Shown: one piece after another, positions 38,448 through 51,795 of the stretch
How positions within the stretch are numbered: position 1 is the stretch's first letter
Layout of the letters: each line of letters opens with the position of its first letter
Source of the DNA: Dreissena polymorpha
Taxonomy: Eukaryota
Length of the DNA stretch: 64,000 bases
Assembly: GCF_020536995.1 (NCBI RefSeq)
Contig: NC_068355.1
Span: 63,355,738-63,419,737, forward strand
Direction: 5' to 3'
Notes under the pieces: model-generated
The model's input: the letters and a program-made list of their open reading frames with translations, nothing else
Told to the model about the DNA's origin: nothing
Databases searched by the model: none
Translations under genes and position numbers: made by a program

Positions 38448-41354
38448 AAATATTTAGTTTGTGTTCAATGTTATTTTTTTTGTTTTGATGTAGACATTTT
38501 AGTTTAAAAAATATGCTGTTTTATTGTTACCATTTTTTTGTTTTTATTATGCCCATGAAATATATGTGTGAGAGGGTGGGGGGGGGGGGTTCGTAAACAC
38601 ATTAAAACTCTTACAGTGTTTTCATATCAATGAGTACTCAACCCCTATCGTAAATGAGCAACGTAAGAATAAGTTCAGAATCATCTCCCCTTGAAGTTGA
38701 GAAAAATATGAAATAACGCTTACAAGATGAAGCAGATTTTTTAAAACCTACACAGTTCTGTTCCATTAATGAAAACTGCACACGGATGCCAGTAACAAAA
38801 AGAATCCAATGTAAATAAAATGAGCTATGAAATATTTGGGAGTTACAACACAAAATCATAGATAATGGTTATTTGGGGGTTATAACACAAAATCATAGAT
38901 AATGGTTATACCAGTATCTTATTTTATTTTGTTTAAAAAAATCGGCCAATTTATAAATATTTACAGTAGAAAAAAAATCGTTCCATGTAACTTCATTGAG
39001 TGCCTTTTACACTGAAATTCCCGACGCCTTTTGATGATTTGCATCAATACTTATCTTGTTACAAAATAATACAAGTTTTCACTACATACATGTACTCATG
39101 TCTCTGGGGGTAAAAACGTACAATCGCTAGAGTTGCTTGATTCCTATTTATTTTTATTATGGCAAATTTAATATTATTTTTTCTGAAGCCGCATTTCTGT
39201 CATGGATTGGGTCATATCGTCGACGAGTAGTTCACGCAAATTGTGTCTCGTATTATTTTTTTTTAATTTGACCAATTATTTGTAAAAAATAATGGAAATT
39301 CATTTCTGATTTTTTCCGAGTTCGTGGAAATTGCTGATGAAAAAGTTGCTGTTCAAAGTGATGCACCCTATTTTCGGGTCATTTCGAGATGGATACCTTG
39401 TTATATACAGTCGAAACTGACCTAACGGCCACCTGAATTTACCGGTCACCTGCAGACAACGGTCAGTCTGGAATCCCCCCGACGAAAAACACTCTACATT
39501 ACACATGAATTTAACGGCCACCTGACCATAACGGCCAACGGCCACTATATTCAACTCCAAAGTTCATGTTTGACCTGAAATCAACGGTCACGCGTCATTG
39601 GTCTCGAGTCGCGAAAATTAAAAACACAGCGAATTATTTGTCCGTCTATTTTGCGTTTAAAGCGTCTGAATGCGGTAATTGTCTATGATATTATAAAAGC
39701 GGCCCGAGTAAACTAATTATAAGGTGTTGAGAAGGTTTCTTTTCCGGGGATAATTGTGGGGGTATCTTCAAAAGAAAATATGTCAGAGTTATTGACTTGT
39801 TTTAAGTAATTATCGCTAAATTAAATGACCGCCATTTCTTTGAATTAGAACGGTACAATTTGACCGTACTATCGATTTACGACACCGAATCCGCTTTTTA
39901 GACTTTTACGGACGTGACGTCAACGGAACGTGACGAGCTTTATTTACTGAATGAATGAGATGCATGAGTAAACAATTAAACCAGCGTTGATAGAGTCATT
40001 GCTTTAATTTAACAATATGAAATTTAATCAATCTAAAAGATATTATTCTCTATTATTCAATGTACACGCGTAAGTTAACGCTGTTATTATGCTTTGTTAA
40101 TGCAATGAGCATTTGTTTTACACTGTATGCAAACGACTGGGTGGGGTAACGACGTAGTAATACTACCAACTGACCAACCTACTTAAAAATTGTGATCAGA
40201 ATTCAACGGTCACCTGTGGACAACGGTCACTTTGATCATTTCCCTTGACTGACCGCTGAATTCAGGTTTGACAATTACAGTTGTTTATACACAGTTCATT
40301 TCCATACAGTCTATAAAGTCCAAGATAAATCAATACAATAATACACATACAGTGGAACTTAGGCTGCACCAGCAGGACTATCATATTTTATTTTTTATAA
40401 AATGCATGCCTTTATTTGTAGCAAGGAATTTCATCACGCGAATCTGCGCAATTGAGACGCACGCATATTGACAAGCGCACTGACTAGTACCGATTATGAT
40501 TTATTACTCATGTATTTAAGTTTTATATGTTACGCTGTTTACTCTCACTTTTGTATTTCTTATGTCATATGGACGCATTGCCGAGAGTAGATTCCAGAGC
40601 CATTGTCCATCATGCCAAGTTTGAGTCAGAGCAAGCCTAAGTGACCTTCGACCCTGGAACAACGGATCTACGTGAGACAAACTTGGTTTGGGACTTTATA
40701 ATGCGAATAAAATAAACCTTATTCACAAGAAGCTTATATTGGTTTGAGTTTCAACGTTTGATCATATTTTATCATTCTACACACATTTTCATGTTTGATA
40801 TTTTGAGGTCAAAAAGTCATGAAGTGCTTGTTGTCCTTAAAACTGATTGTTTCTCAAACAAACAATCCTATAAGGCTTCAGTATGAAACTTAAAAAGGGA
40901 TACTTGAATTCAAGAAGAAAGCATTGTGTAAATTTATTACAGTTCGAGGTACAGTGATTCCCGATATAACTCAGATTGCTGTCTTGGATTTGAAAAAGGG
41001 TTCGAAGTTTTCGACAAATGTAAAGCCATCAGTGCCCAATTCTGCTGAAGCCCAGAACGTAGCTGGGATCTATGTTGATGCTTATTGCAACATGTCTGTA
41101 AATGGTGGCTATATGAATTGTGTCTCCATTAAAACATATTTAGACATAAATGAATAAGAGAAGCATATATTTTATTTAATTTTTGCATAATATACTTTAT
41201 ATTTCTCATGAGCGTCTTTTCCAACCGTCTTAAACTCACATTATACCGTTTCGAATGTGTTGCTATATTGTTTATGAAAAATATGCTTTTTTGCAATTAT
41301 TAATATTAAAATAAATATTTATATTACTTATTATGATAATAATAATTAAAAAAA

Positions 41355-41368
41355 AATAATAATAATAA

Positions 41369-41402
<34 letters not shown>
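41355..41402. repeat. (AAT)n microsatellite
   Basis: aataataataataataataataataataataa. Confidence 0.95.
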
Positions 41403-41403
<1 letters not shown>

Positions 41404-42428
41404 GTGTAAGAAGACTCAGCGATTACCAGAACGTCGACGAACGGTATGAAATCGAAACATTGTATAATCATTAACTAATTTGCCATCACTAGCATATAAG
41501 TAATATTTAATTGTGATTAATAATGTAATACATTAAATGCTTAACATAATAAATGCTATATCTATGTTAAACGTTTCGTTTCAGTAACCTTCCAGAGCCA
41601 GCTGTATCGGACAGAGTGCTAATTGATCCAGCAACAGTAGAGTACATAGTTGTAGAGGCAGGATCAAAAAGAGGATAACCGAAGCTTGTATCCTCAATCC
41701 TCATATGGATATTCGTTCAATAAGGTAGTATCATTTATAAGTAATTTCACGGAGACTTAAGCATGCTCGTAAAACACCATAAATATTATTTATTATCAAA
41801 AATACTGTTTTCAATATTATTTCATAGTCATTTTCGTTTACAGAAGCAGACCTAGAAACCCGCTTTGTGGAGGTGCAGCGTTCGACTGAAAGGGTTAACG
41901 TGTAACGCGACAGTCAGGCAAGGCGGTGACATGGTTCACACTTCAGGGACCCTGCTGACCCATTGATGAGGAAGCGAGTAGAGTTGAAGCGTAATGTAAG
42001 TTCATTGTTTATTAAAATAAATAGTTATTTAATCTAAGAGTGGTCAGTGTAGTCCGGCAGACTGTTCCCACCAACAATGACCCATAAGGCCTGTAAGAAT
42101 GTACAGGAAAGATTCGTGAATATTGTACTCTAATGAACGAACGTTTTATTTTTCCCTTTTTGTAAGTAATTTCATTTTCATTTTGTTATTAAAGCGATTA
42201 CATTTAATTTATGTCTGTTAATTGTTTTTTAAGGGTGGCACCGTCGGTTGACAATGAGGGTAGCCGACCACAAATGCTCGTTTTATGTTTTGATCCCTCT
42301 CCTGCAGCGCGAGGCCGAGTACATGTACTTCCAAGGGCAGGCCCAGAATGTACAAGAGAACCGGGCGGGTCTGACGCCATACGTATGTTCAACCTGGATC
42401 AGCAGCTCGGCGAGCTTTGTGATTTTTA

Positions 42429-42454
42429 GCATAGGTGCGTTTACGCACCTATGC
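42429..42454. other. Perfect 11-bp-stem hairpin gcataggtgcg-ttta-cgcacctatgc at the edge of a GC-rich island (42230-42420)
   Basis: Read directly; cacctatgc recurs at 43150. Confidence 0.8.
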
Positions 42455-43432
42455 TTATGGTATATACCACATTTCGAAAATCCACATCGATCGGTTGCCC
42501 TTTTTGAAGCCTTACCTGATCAAAAATCAGACGAAATATCTATTTAATTTAGTATATGGTCATTCTTACAATTTTTTTTTGAAACGTTTTTCTAACGTTT
42601 TCTTCCAAGAATATTGCTGACACCGTTTTAAGTGAATTTTTCTAAGACCGTTTTATGTCAAAAAATCTTCTTATAACCTAAAACAAATTTCGTTCGTAAA
42701 ACGATTCTATCTGCACTATAAATCTCAATCTCCTACGCAGTGGCCTCCCTTATATTAGAAGTTACTGACCGGGCGAAGCAAGGGAAGTAACTGCTGTGAG
42801 GAGTTTCTATAAAAATCTGCATTCAGAAATCTGTATTCAGAACTCAATCTGTTGTGCACGTCTGCATCTAACGCTTACCACAAGTTTTACGACAAATTCT
42901 TGACGCAGACGAATAGGGTAGCGTCTATTTTCATTTGTGAAAACAATAGTTCGATACAGATCTGTTCCGTGCTTAAATTTTGAAAGGCTTGGGTAATTAT
43001 TTTTCATAAGCGTTTCAAACACTGATGTAAATGGAAAGGTTATCTATTTAAATAGTCGGTTATTGTTTGAAATTATTGATTTGTGAAATTCGCGGATGGC
43101 GATATCGAACTACATTATACCACGTGACGCCATTCTTCCCTGTATCTTGCACCTATGCTTTTAACGCCATCGGCGCTCTCGTTATTATTAGCGACAGGAT
43201 CGGGAGGCTTTGAAGAGCTAAACCGCCTCTTGGAATCCCAAAGAGTTACCACGTTTCAACTACATGATTGTTTATTTATTTATATTTGTGTAATGTGTTC
43301 GTTTGTTTTCTGTTGTTTTAAGCCCTTTATTTATGCGAAATACTAGTGGATACGCAATTTTAATTATTAATTTGAAAAAAATAAAAAAATGTAGACTTGT
43401 TTTAAACTATTTCTCTATGCAAAAAACCCACC

Positions 43433-43640
<208 letters not shown>

Positions 43641-43759
43641 TCACTTTAGGTCATTGGTTTAAAAAAAGTCACACGATCAAATATTAGAATCAAAGTACTG
43701 ACAGTACTGGTGTGACGATGCTTTTGAAGAGGATGGATATAAAAGCATCAATTTAAGTT

Positions 43760-44937
43760 GATCTACATCATCACAATTAAGTTTGTGAGTACGAAAAAAA
43801 ATTGATACGAAAATTTTGGGAACGAAAGAATTATGCAAAAAATTATTTGGGTATGATTTTTTTTGTAGAAAACAAAAATTGGATACAAAAAAAAACATTG
43901 GGTACGAACATTTTTTGGTACGGAAAAAAATTGGGGGTACGGGGACGTAGTAGTACCCCTGGTGAACTTGACCCACAGTCGCACATTCTTGGCCCTTTCC
44001 GTCAAACATCGGATAAGTACCTTGAAGGCAATAGTACGAAAACACATATATGACGTACCATTTGGGTAGAAAGTCAACTAGACTTAGACAAGTAGGTAAA
44101 AAGAGAAATGTACTTTGACGTACAATATGTACATTTTTTGTACTTCGACGTACAAAATTGTAATTCGACGGTCAGTCTTTACTGACCCTTGAGTGTAAGC
44201 CAATCAGAAGACGCCTTACATCTGTTGCTATTTTAGACATATTTGACATTGAACAATATTATTATCATTATTTATACCAAATTATGCGACTATCGACCGC
44301 TAACTCATAGATAGTGTGCGTATTTATTGACCTGGCGTGGCGGAATTAACCTCTGACTTATGCAAATAATGGTTAACACAAAATACAACCAAACCAGGGA
44401 GGTTATTATACATTTTTAATCCCGTAATCGTTTGGTAACTGTTTGGTTACCGCTGGGAATTTCCTACACAATAATGCGCTGGACCGTGATATATCACCCC
44501 GCATGGTCAAAAAATACTCACAATATGCTTGATAATTTTAATTTAAAAAAAAGTAACCTTGAATCTTCTTCAAATGGGTATTTAATCTATTTCAATGCAT
44601 TAAATACTCGAAACTTCTTTGTTAAATGTTTTTTTTTCTTTCCAATTTTGATATTTTTATTTATTTTGTCCTCAATTAAAAAAAGAGATTTTAAACATTT
44701 ATAATGAATAAATCTAAAGGAAAAGCGGCTCTTGAGACAAGTGTTTTGATCGGCTGTTGAGAAAATGTGTACGTCAAATAACAAACATGTACGTCGAAGT
44801 ACAAATCGTACTTCGACGTACAAATATATACTTCGAAGTGTATTTAATTTTGTACGTGAAATACATATTGTACGTCAAAGTCCATTTCTCTTGTCACCAA
44901 GTAGGTCTAGTTGACTTTTGATACAAATGGTACGCCA
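43760..44937. mobile_element. Foldback/MITE-like element: ~130-bp terminal inverted repeats (44041-44170 and 44790-44937) built from GTACG-containing subrepeats, preceded by an irregular ttgggtacgaa-motif array (43760-44040)
   Basis: Left gacgtaccatttgggtagaaagtcaactagacttagacaagtaggtaaaaagagaaatgtactttgacgtacaatatgtac...gtacttcgacgtacaaa matches the reverse complement of 44790-44937 (...tttgtacgtcgaagtac...gtcaaagtccatttctcttgtcaccaagtaggtctagttgacttttgatacaaatggtacgcc). There is no convincing coding capacity inside. Confidence 0.6.
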
Positions 44938-45756
44938 TACACATCTCGTAAGCGGTAATGCGGTCCTAATATGCATGTCAAAATGTAAGCGAAATATGTA
45001 AACAAAACGGTAGCCTGTCAGGAATGTTTGAATTAATGAAGAAAATAATGTATTGATGTAAGTTTATTTAAGAAATGTACAGAAAATATGTTAAATAAGC
45101 AATGGCGATATTTTTCTCAGCCACATGATTGTTGATAGTTTGATATCACAAAATGAAAGTGAAAGTAGAACTGTCAAAAATGACAATCTGTCAATGTGTG
45201 TTTTTTTGCTGGCACGAGAGGGCGATTACACTCAATGTGTTCACATTTTTTACCATAGGCTTTGCCAATGACCTTTATAGTATTGGTGGCTTTGTTATTT
45301 TTTATTGCTATCATGTAACTGCATGATTGTGTATATGTTTACACTACACAAAGCATAAATAATGATATAAATATACTGATTGAGCTTATAATAATCTGAT
45401 AACTATAGCCAGGTCAATTAAGTACATAAAATACAATTGTTTGTCCTGATTTCATGAAGACTGAAGATATTTATGCACATAGAGTATCAAGATATAGGTT
45501 GATCCACAAATGAAAAGTATTATTGATCTGTGTTCGGTGCAGGCTCTATTTCCATGACTGTGAAGGTTAAATTTTCATGTAAAAAGGATGTAAATTTTTT
45601 GCTTAAGTATTTCATTCAACCATTGAATATAATGAATTGTTCTGCATATAATTTGCCATATTGATAGGTGTTTGTTTGGTGATCAACAGGAGATGACCAG
45701 GGTGCCAGAGAAAAGGGATAAACACTTGAGATCTGGTCAGAGCTTACGTGTGTGAA

Positions 45757-48700
45757 GTTAGCCTATTTAGCCTATTTAGCCTATTTAGCCTATTTAGTAC
45801 ATAGGTTGAAACAAACATCCTATTTAGCCTATTTAGCCTATTTAACAGCCTCTTCAGCCTTTTTAGCCTATTTTAGCCTATTTAGCCTATTTAGTAAATA
45901 GGTTGAAACATACATCCTATTTAGCATATTTAGCCTATTTAACAGCATTTTCAGCCTATTTAGCCTATTTAGTATATAGGTTGAAACATACATCCTATTT
46001 AGCCTATTTAGCCTATTTAACAGCCTTTTCTGCCTATTTAGCCTATTTAGTACATAGGTTTAAACATACATCCTATTTAGCCTATTTAGCCTATTTAGTA
46101 CATAGGTTGAAACAAACATCCTATTTAGCCTATTTAGCCAATTTAACAGCCTCTTCAGCCTTTTTAGCCTATTTTAGCCTATTTAGCCTATTTAGTAAAT
46201 AGGTTGAAACATACATCCTATTTAGACTATTTAGCCTATTTAACAGCATTTTCAGCCTATTTAGCCTATTGAGTATATAGGTTGAAACATACATCCTATT
46301 TAGCCTATTTAACAGCCTTTTCAGCCTATTTAGCCTATTTAGTGCATAGGTTTAAACATACATCATATTTAGCCTATTTTGCCTATTTAGTACATAGGTT
46401 GAAACAAACATCCTATTTAGCCTATTTAGCCAATTTAACAGCCTCTTCAGCCTTTTTAGCCTATTTAGCCTATGTAGCCTATTTAGTAAATAGGTTGAAA
46501 CATACATCCTATTTAGCCTATTTAGCCTATTTAACAGCCTCTTCAGCCTTTTTAGCCTATTTTAGCCTATTTAGCCTATTTAGTAAATAGGTTGAAACAT
46601 ACATCCTATTTAGCCTATTTAGCCTATTTAACAGCATTTTCAGCCTATTTAGCCTATTTAGTATATACGTTGAAACATACATCCTATTTAGCCTATTTAG
46701 CCTATTTAACAGCCTTTTCAGCCTATTTAGCCTATTTAGTACATAGGTTTAAACATACATCCTATTTAGCCTATTTAGCCTATTTAGCCTATTTAGTACA
46801 TAGGTTGAAACAAACATCCTATCTAGCCAATTTAACAGCCTCTTCAGCCTTTTTAGCCTATTTTAGCCTATTTAGTAAATAGGTTGAAACATGCATCCTA
46901 TTTAGCCTATTAAGCCTATTTAACAGCATTTTCAGCCTATTGAGTATATAGGTTGAAACATTCATCCTATTTAGCCTATTTAGCCTATTTAACAGCCTTT
47001 TCAGCCTATTTAGCCTATTTAGTACATAGGTTTAAACATACATCATATTTAGCCTATTTAGCCTATTTAGTACATAGGTTGAAACAAACATCCTATTTAG
47101 CCTATTTAGCCAATTTAACAGCCTCTTCAGCCCTTTTAGCCTATTTTAGCCTATGTAGCCTATTTAGTAAATAGGTTGAAACATACATCCTATTTAGCCT
47201 ATTTAGCCTATTTAACAGCATTTTCAGCCTATTTAGCCTATTTAGTACATAGGTATAAACATACATCCTATTTAGCCTATTTAGCCTATTTAGTACATAG
47301 GTTAAAACAAACATCCTATTTAGCCTTTTTAGCCAATTTAACAGCCTCTTCAGCCTTTTTTAGCCTATTTTAGCCTATTTAGCCTATTTAGTAAATAGTT
47401 TGAAACAATCATTCTATTTAGCCTATTTAACAGCATTTTCAGCCTATTTACTATATAGGTTGAAACAGACATCGTATTTAGCCTATTTAGCATATTTAAC
47501 AGCCAATTTAGAAAGTTAAGTACATAGGTTGAAATATACATTGTATTTAGCCTATTTAGCCTATATAACAGCCTTTTCAGCCTATTTAGCACATGCCTTT
47601 TTAGCCTATTTAACCTCCTTTTCAACCTATTTAGCCTATTTAGTAAATAGGTTGAAACAAACAACATCTTATTTAGCCTATTTAAGAGCCTTTTCAGCCT
47701 ATTTAGCTTATTTAGTACATAGGTTGAAAAATACATCATATTTAGCCTATTAAACAGCATTGTAGCATATTAAGCCTATTTAGTACATAGGTTGAAACAT
47801 ACATCCTATTTAGCCTATCTAGCCAATTTAACAGCCTCTTCAGCCTTTTTAGCGTATTTTAGCCTATTAAGCCTATTTAGTAAATAGGTTGAAACATACA
47901 TCCTTTTAGCATATTTAGCCTATTTAACAGCCTTTTCAGCCTATTTAGCCGATTTTAGTACATAAGTTGAAACAAACATCCTATTTAGCCTATTTAACAG
48001 CCTTTTCAGTCTATTTAGCTTATTTAGTACATAGGTTGAAAAATACATCCTATTTAGCATATTTAACAGCATGTTCTGTATATTTAGCCTATTTAGTACA
48101 CAGGTTGAAACATACATCCTATTTAGCTCATTTTAGCCAATTTAACAGCATTTTCAGCCTATTTAGGCCCTTTAGCCTATTTAACAGCCTTTTCTGCCTA
48201 TTTGAGTACATAGGTTGTATCAAACACCCTATTTAGCCTATTTAGTCTATTTAACAGCATTTTCAGCCTATTTAGCCTATTTAGTACACAGGTTGAAAAA
48301 TACGTTCTATTGAGCCTATTTAACAGTCTTTTCAGCCTATTTAGTACATAGGTTGAAATATACACCCTATTTAGCCTATTTAACAGCCTTTTCAGCCTAT
48401 TTAGCCTATTAAGTACATAGGTTGAAACATACATTCTATTTAGTCTATTTAGCCTATTTAACAGCATTTTTAGCCTATTTAGCCTATTTAGTACATAGGT
48501 TGAAACATACATTCTATTTAGTCTATTTAGCCTATTTAACAGCATTTTCAGCCTATTTCGCATGTTAAGTACATAGGTCGAAAAATACATCCTATTAATC
48601 CTATTTAACAGCCTTTTCAGCCTATTTAGCCTATTTAGTAAATAGATTGAAACAATCAACATCCTATTTAACCTTGTTTACAGCCTTTTCAGCCTATTTA

Positions 48701-51700
48701 GCTTATTTAGTACATAGGTTGAAAAATCACATCCTATTTAGCCTTTTTACAGAATTGTCAACATATAAGCCTATTTAGCCTATGCAGTACATAGGTCTTA
48801 ATATACAACCTATTTAGCCTTTTTAACAGCCTTTTCAGCCTATTTAGCCTTAGTACATAGGTTCAAACATACATCATATTTAGCCTATTTGGCTTATTTC
48901 ACAGCTTTTTTAGCCTAATTAGCCAATGTAGAAAGTTTAGAACGAAGGTTAAAAATTACATTCTATTTCGCATATTAAACAGCCTATTTAGCCTATTTGG
49001 CAAGTTTAGTTCATAGGTGGAAATATACATTCTGTTTAGCCTATTTAGCTCATAGGTTGAAACATACATCCTATTTAGCATATTTAAAAGCCTTTTCAGC
49101 CTATTTAGTACATATGTTGAACATAATATCCTATTTAGCCTATTGAACAGCCTTTTGAAGCCTATTTAGTACATAGGTTGAAACATACATCCTGTTTAGC
49201 CTATTCAACCGCCTTTTCAGCTTTTAAGCCTATTTAGCCTTTTTAGTACAAAGGTTGAAACATACATCCTATTAAGCCTATTAAACAGCCTTTTCAGCAA
49301 ATTTAGCCTATTTAGTACAAAGGTTCAAACATACATCCTAGTTAGCCTATTTAGCTTATTTAACAGCCTTTTCATCCAATTTATAAAGTTTAGTACAAAG
49401 GTTTCAAAAATACATCCTATTTAGCCTAGTCTATTTAGCCTATTTACAAGTTTAGTACATCATGTTTAGCCTATTAAACATCCTATTTAGCCTATTTTGT
49501 CTATTTAACAGCCTTTTCAGCCTATTTAGAAAGTTTAGAACAAAGATTAAAAATACATCCTATTTAGCCTATTTAACAGCCTGTCAGCCTTTTTAGAAAG
49601 TTAAGTACAAAGGTCAAAAAAATACATCTTATTAATTATTTAACAGCTTATTTAGCCTATTTAGCCTATTTAGCTAGTTAAGTACACACGTACACATAAA
49701 CATCCTTTTTAGCCTATTTAGCTAGCCTATTCAACATCCTATTTAGCCTTTTTAATAGCCTTTTCAGCCTATTTAGAAAGTTTAGTACAAGGGTTAAAAC
49801 ATACATCCTATTTAGCCTATTTAATAGCCTTTTCAGTCTATTTAGCCTATCTAGAAAGTTAGTACCAAGGTTAACAAATACATTTTATTTAGCCTTTTTT
49901 AGCAATTTTAGTAAATACGTAGACACAAACATTCTATTTAACAGCCTATTTAGCAAGTTTAGTACATACGTAGACACAAACATCCTATGTAGCCTATTTA
50001 ACAGCCTATTTAGCAATTTTAGTAAATACGTAGACACATACATCCTTTTTAACAGCCTTTTCAGCAAGATAAGTACATACGTAGACACATACATCGTATA
50101 AAGCCAATCTAGCCTTTTAAGAGCATGTTTAGCAAGTAAAGTACATACGTAGACACATTCATCCTATTTTGCCTATTTAACAGCCTTTTCAGCCTATTTA
50201 GAAAGTTGAGTACAAAGGTTAAAAATACATCCTTTTTAGCCTATTTAACAGTCTATTTTGCAAGTTAAGTACATACGTAGATATACATCCTTTTTAACCT
50301 ATTTATCCTATTTAACATCATATTTAAGCCCATTTAGACTATTTAACAGCCTTTTCAGCCCATTTAGAAAGTTTAGTACAAAGGTTAAAACATACATCCT
50401 ATTTAGCCTATTTAACAGCCTATTTAGCAAGTTAAGTACATAAGTAGACATAAACATCCTATTAAGCCAATTTTACAGCCTATTTAGAAAATATGTAGAC
50501 ACATAAATCCTAATTAACTCATACATCCTACTTAGCATATTCAGCCTATTTAACAGCCAATTCAGAAAGCTTAGTACATATGTAGACACATACATCCAAT
50601 TTAGCCCATTTAACAGGTTATTGAGCCTATTTAGCAAGTTTAGTACATACGTAGACATATTTATCTTTTTTAGCCTATTTAACAGCCTATTTAGCCTTTT
50701 CAGCAAGTAAAGTACATACGTAGACACATGCATCCTTTTTAGCCTATTTAACAGCCTTTTTATCATATTTAGCAAAGTTAGTACATAAGTAGACACATAA
50801 ATCCTATTAAGCCTATTTAGCAAGTTTAGAACATACATGAATGTAGACTCATACATCCTAATTAGAATATTTAGCCTATTTAACAGCCAATTTAGCAAGC
50901 TTAGTACATACGTAGACGCACACATCCTGTTTAGCCCATTTAACAGGCTATTTAGCGTATTAAGCAAGTTTAATACATACGTAGACATAGACATCCTATT
51001 TAATAGCGTATTTAGCTTATTTAGCATGTGTTGTACATAAATAGACACATTCATCATATTTAGCATATTTTGCCTATTGAACAGCCTATTTAGCTTCTTA
51101 AGCAAGTTAAGTACATATGTTAAAACATATATCATATTGAGCCTATTTAGCTTTTTTAACAGCCTTCTCAGGCTTATTATCCTTTTTATTAAGTTAAGGT
51201 ACATAGTTTCATACATGCATCCCATTTAGGCTATGTATTAGCCTTTTTTAGCCGTTTAGCCTACTACTATTTAGCAAGTTAAGTACAATGGTTAATGCAG
51301 GCATCATATTAAGTATATTTAATGACCTTTTCAAGCTTTTTAGACTATAGCAAGTTTAGTACAAAGGTTTTCTCATACAGCATTAGTAGCCTATATATTA
51401 ATCGTTATTGAGCATATTTAGTAAGTTCAGTAAATAGATTCAAACATACATCGCATCTGGCTTATTTTACATCCATTTCAGCCTATTTACCACGCGTAGT
51501 ACATAGGTTGAAACATACAACCTATTTAGCCTATTAAACAGTCTTTTAGCTTATTTATCATGTTTAGTATATAGGTTCAAACATACATCCTAGTTAGCCT
51601 ATTGAAATGCTTATTTATAAATCTTTTCTGCTTATTTAGAAAGTTTAGTGCATATGTTGAAAAATACATCATAAAAAGTCTATTTAGCCTATATTAAAGC

Positions 51701-51795
51701 CTTTTCAGCCTATTTAGCAAGTGTAGTACATAAGTGCCAACATACAACTTCTTAAGCCTATTTACACAGCTTTTAAACCTATTTAGCAAGTTTAA
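45757..51795. repeat. ~6-kb satellite array with 9-bp submotif CCTATTTAG, ~47-98-bp subunits and ~300-310-bp higher-order periodicity; homogeneous on the left (45757-~48900), progressively diverged on the right
   Basis: Subunits have the form (cctatttag)2-3 + tacataggttgaaacatacatcctatttag... + aacagcc(t/a)tttcagcctatttagcc. The marker ggttgaaac is spaced 97, 78, 79 and 47 bp and this pattern then repeats (ORF-track periodicity 299-310 bp). Right-hand variants include aagtttagtacaaaggttaaaaatacatcc and agtacatacgtagacacatacatcc. All MKHTSYLAYL and NRLNRLK ORFs here are artefacts. Confidence 0.95.

Larger units (their letters stand above)
35690..39070. repeat. Local segmental duplication with rearrangement: blocks at 35700-35800, 36600-36830 and 37375-37875 recur at 37920-38000, 38050-38290 and 38612-39058; each copy carries one tRNA-like sequence
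   Basis: Shared strings by eye: cggcgactag.atgtaat.c.ttttt...cg..tatgggag.a.aagttatttt; tagagcgcgaagcgcgaca.gtattat..attgtaa.aatgag..t.gataaaggaagcagccgcttat.aa (three occurrences, at 36613, 36757 and 38066); and a ~470-bp block gttttcatatcaatgagtactcaacccctatcgtaaatgagcaacgtaa... Confidence 0.7.

Noticed and set aside
39911-39925. Perfect CRE octamer TGACGTCA taken as a standalone regulatory call
   Set aside because: An 8-bp palindrome is expected about once by chance in 64 kb. It is only mentioned within the finding on the flanking 9-mer clusters.
41584-41996. Two segments bounded by acceptor-like and donor-like sites that might be exons
   Set aside because: All three frames of each contain stop codons. 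At best they are non-coding exons and there is no further support.
45903-51225. Many 65-250-aa ORFs on both strands (MKHTSYLAYL..., NRLNRLKRLL...)
   Set aside because: They lie wholly inside the satellite array. Their M comes from TTG in ggttgaaacat, because the ORF caller uses alternative starts. The periodic amino-acid patterns simply mirror the DNA repeat.
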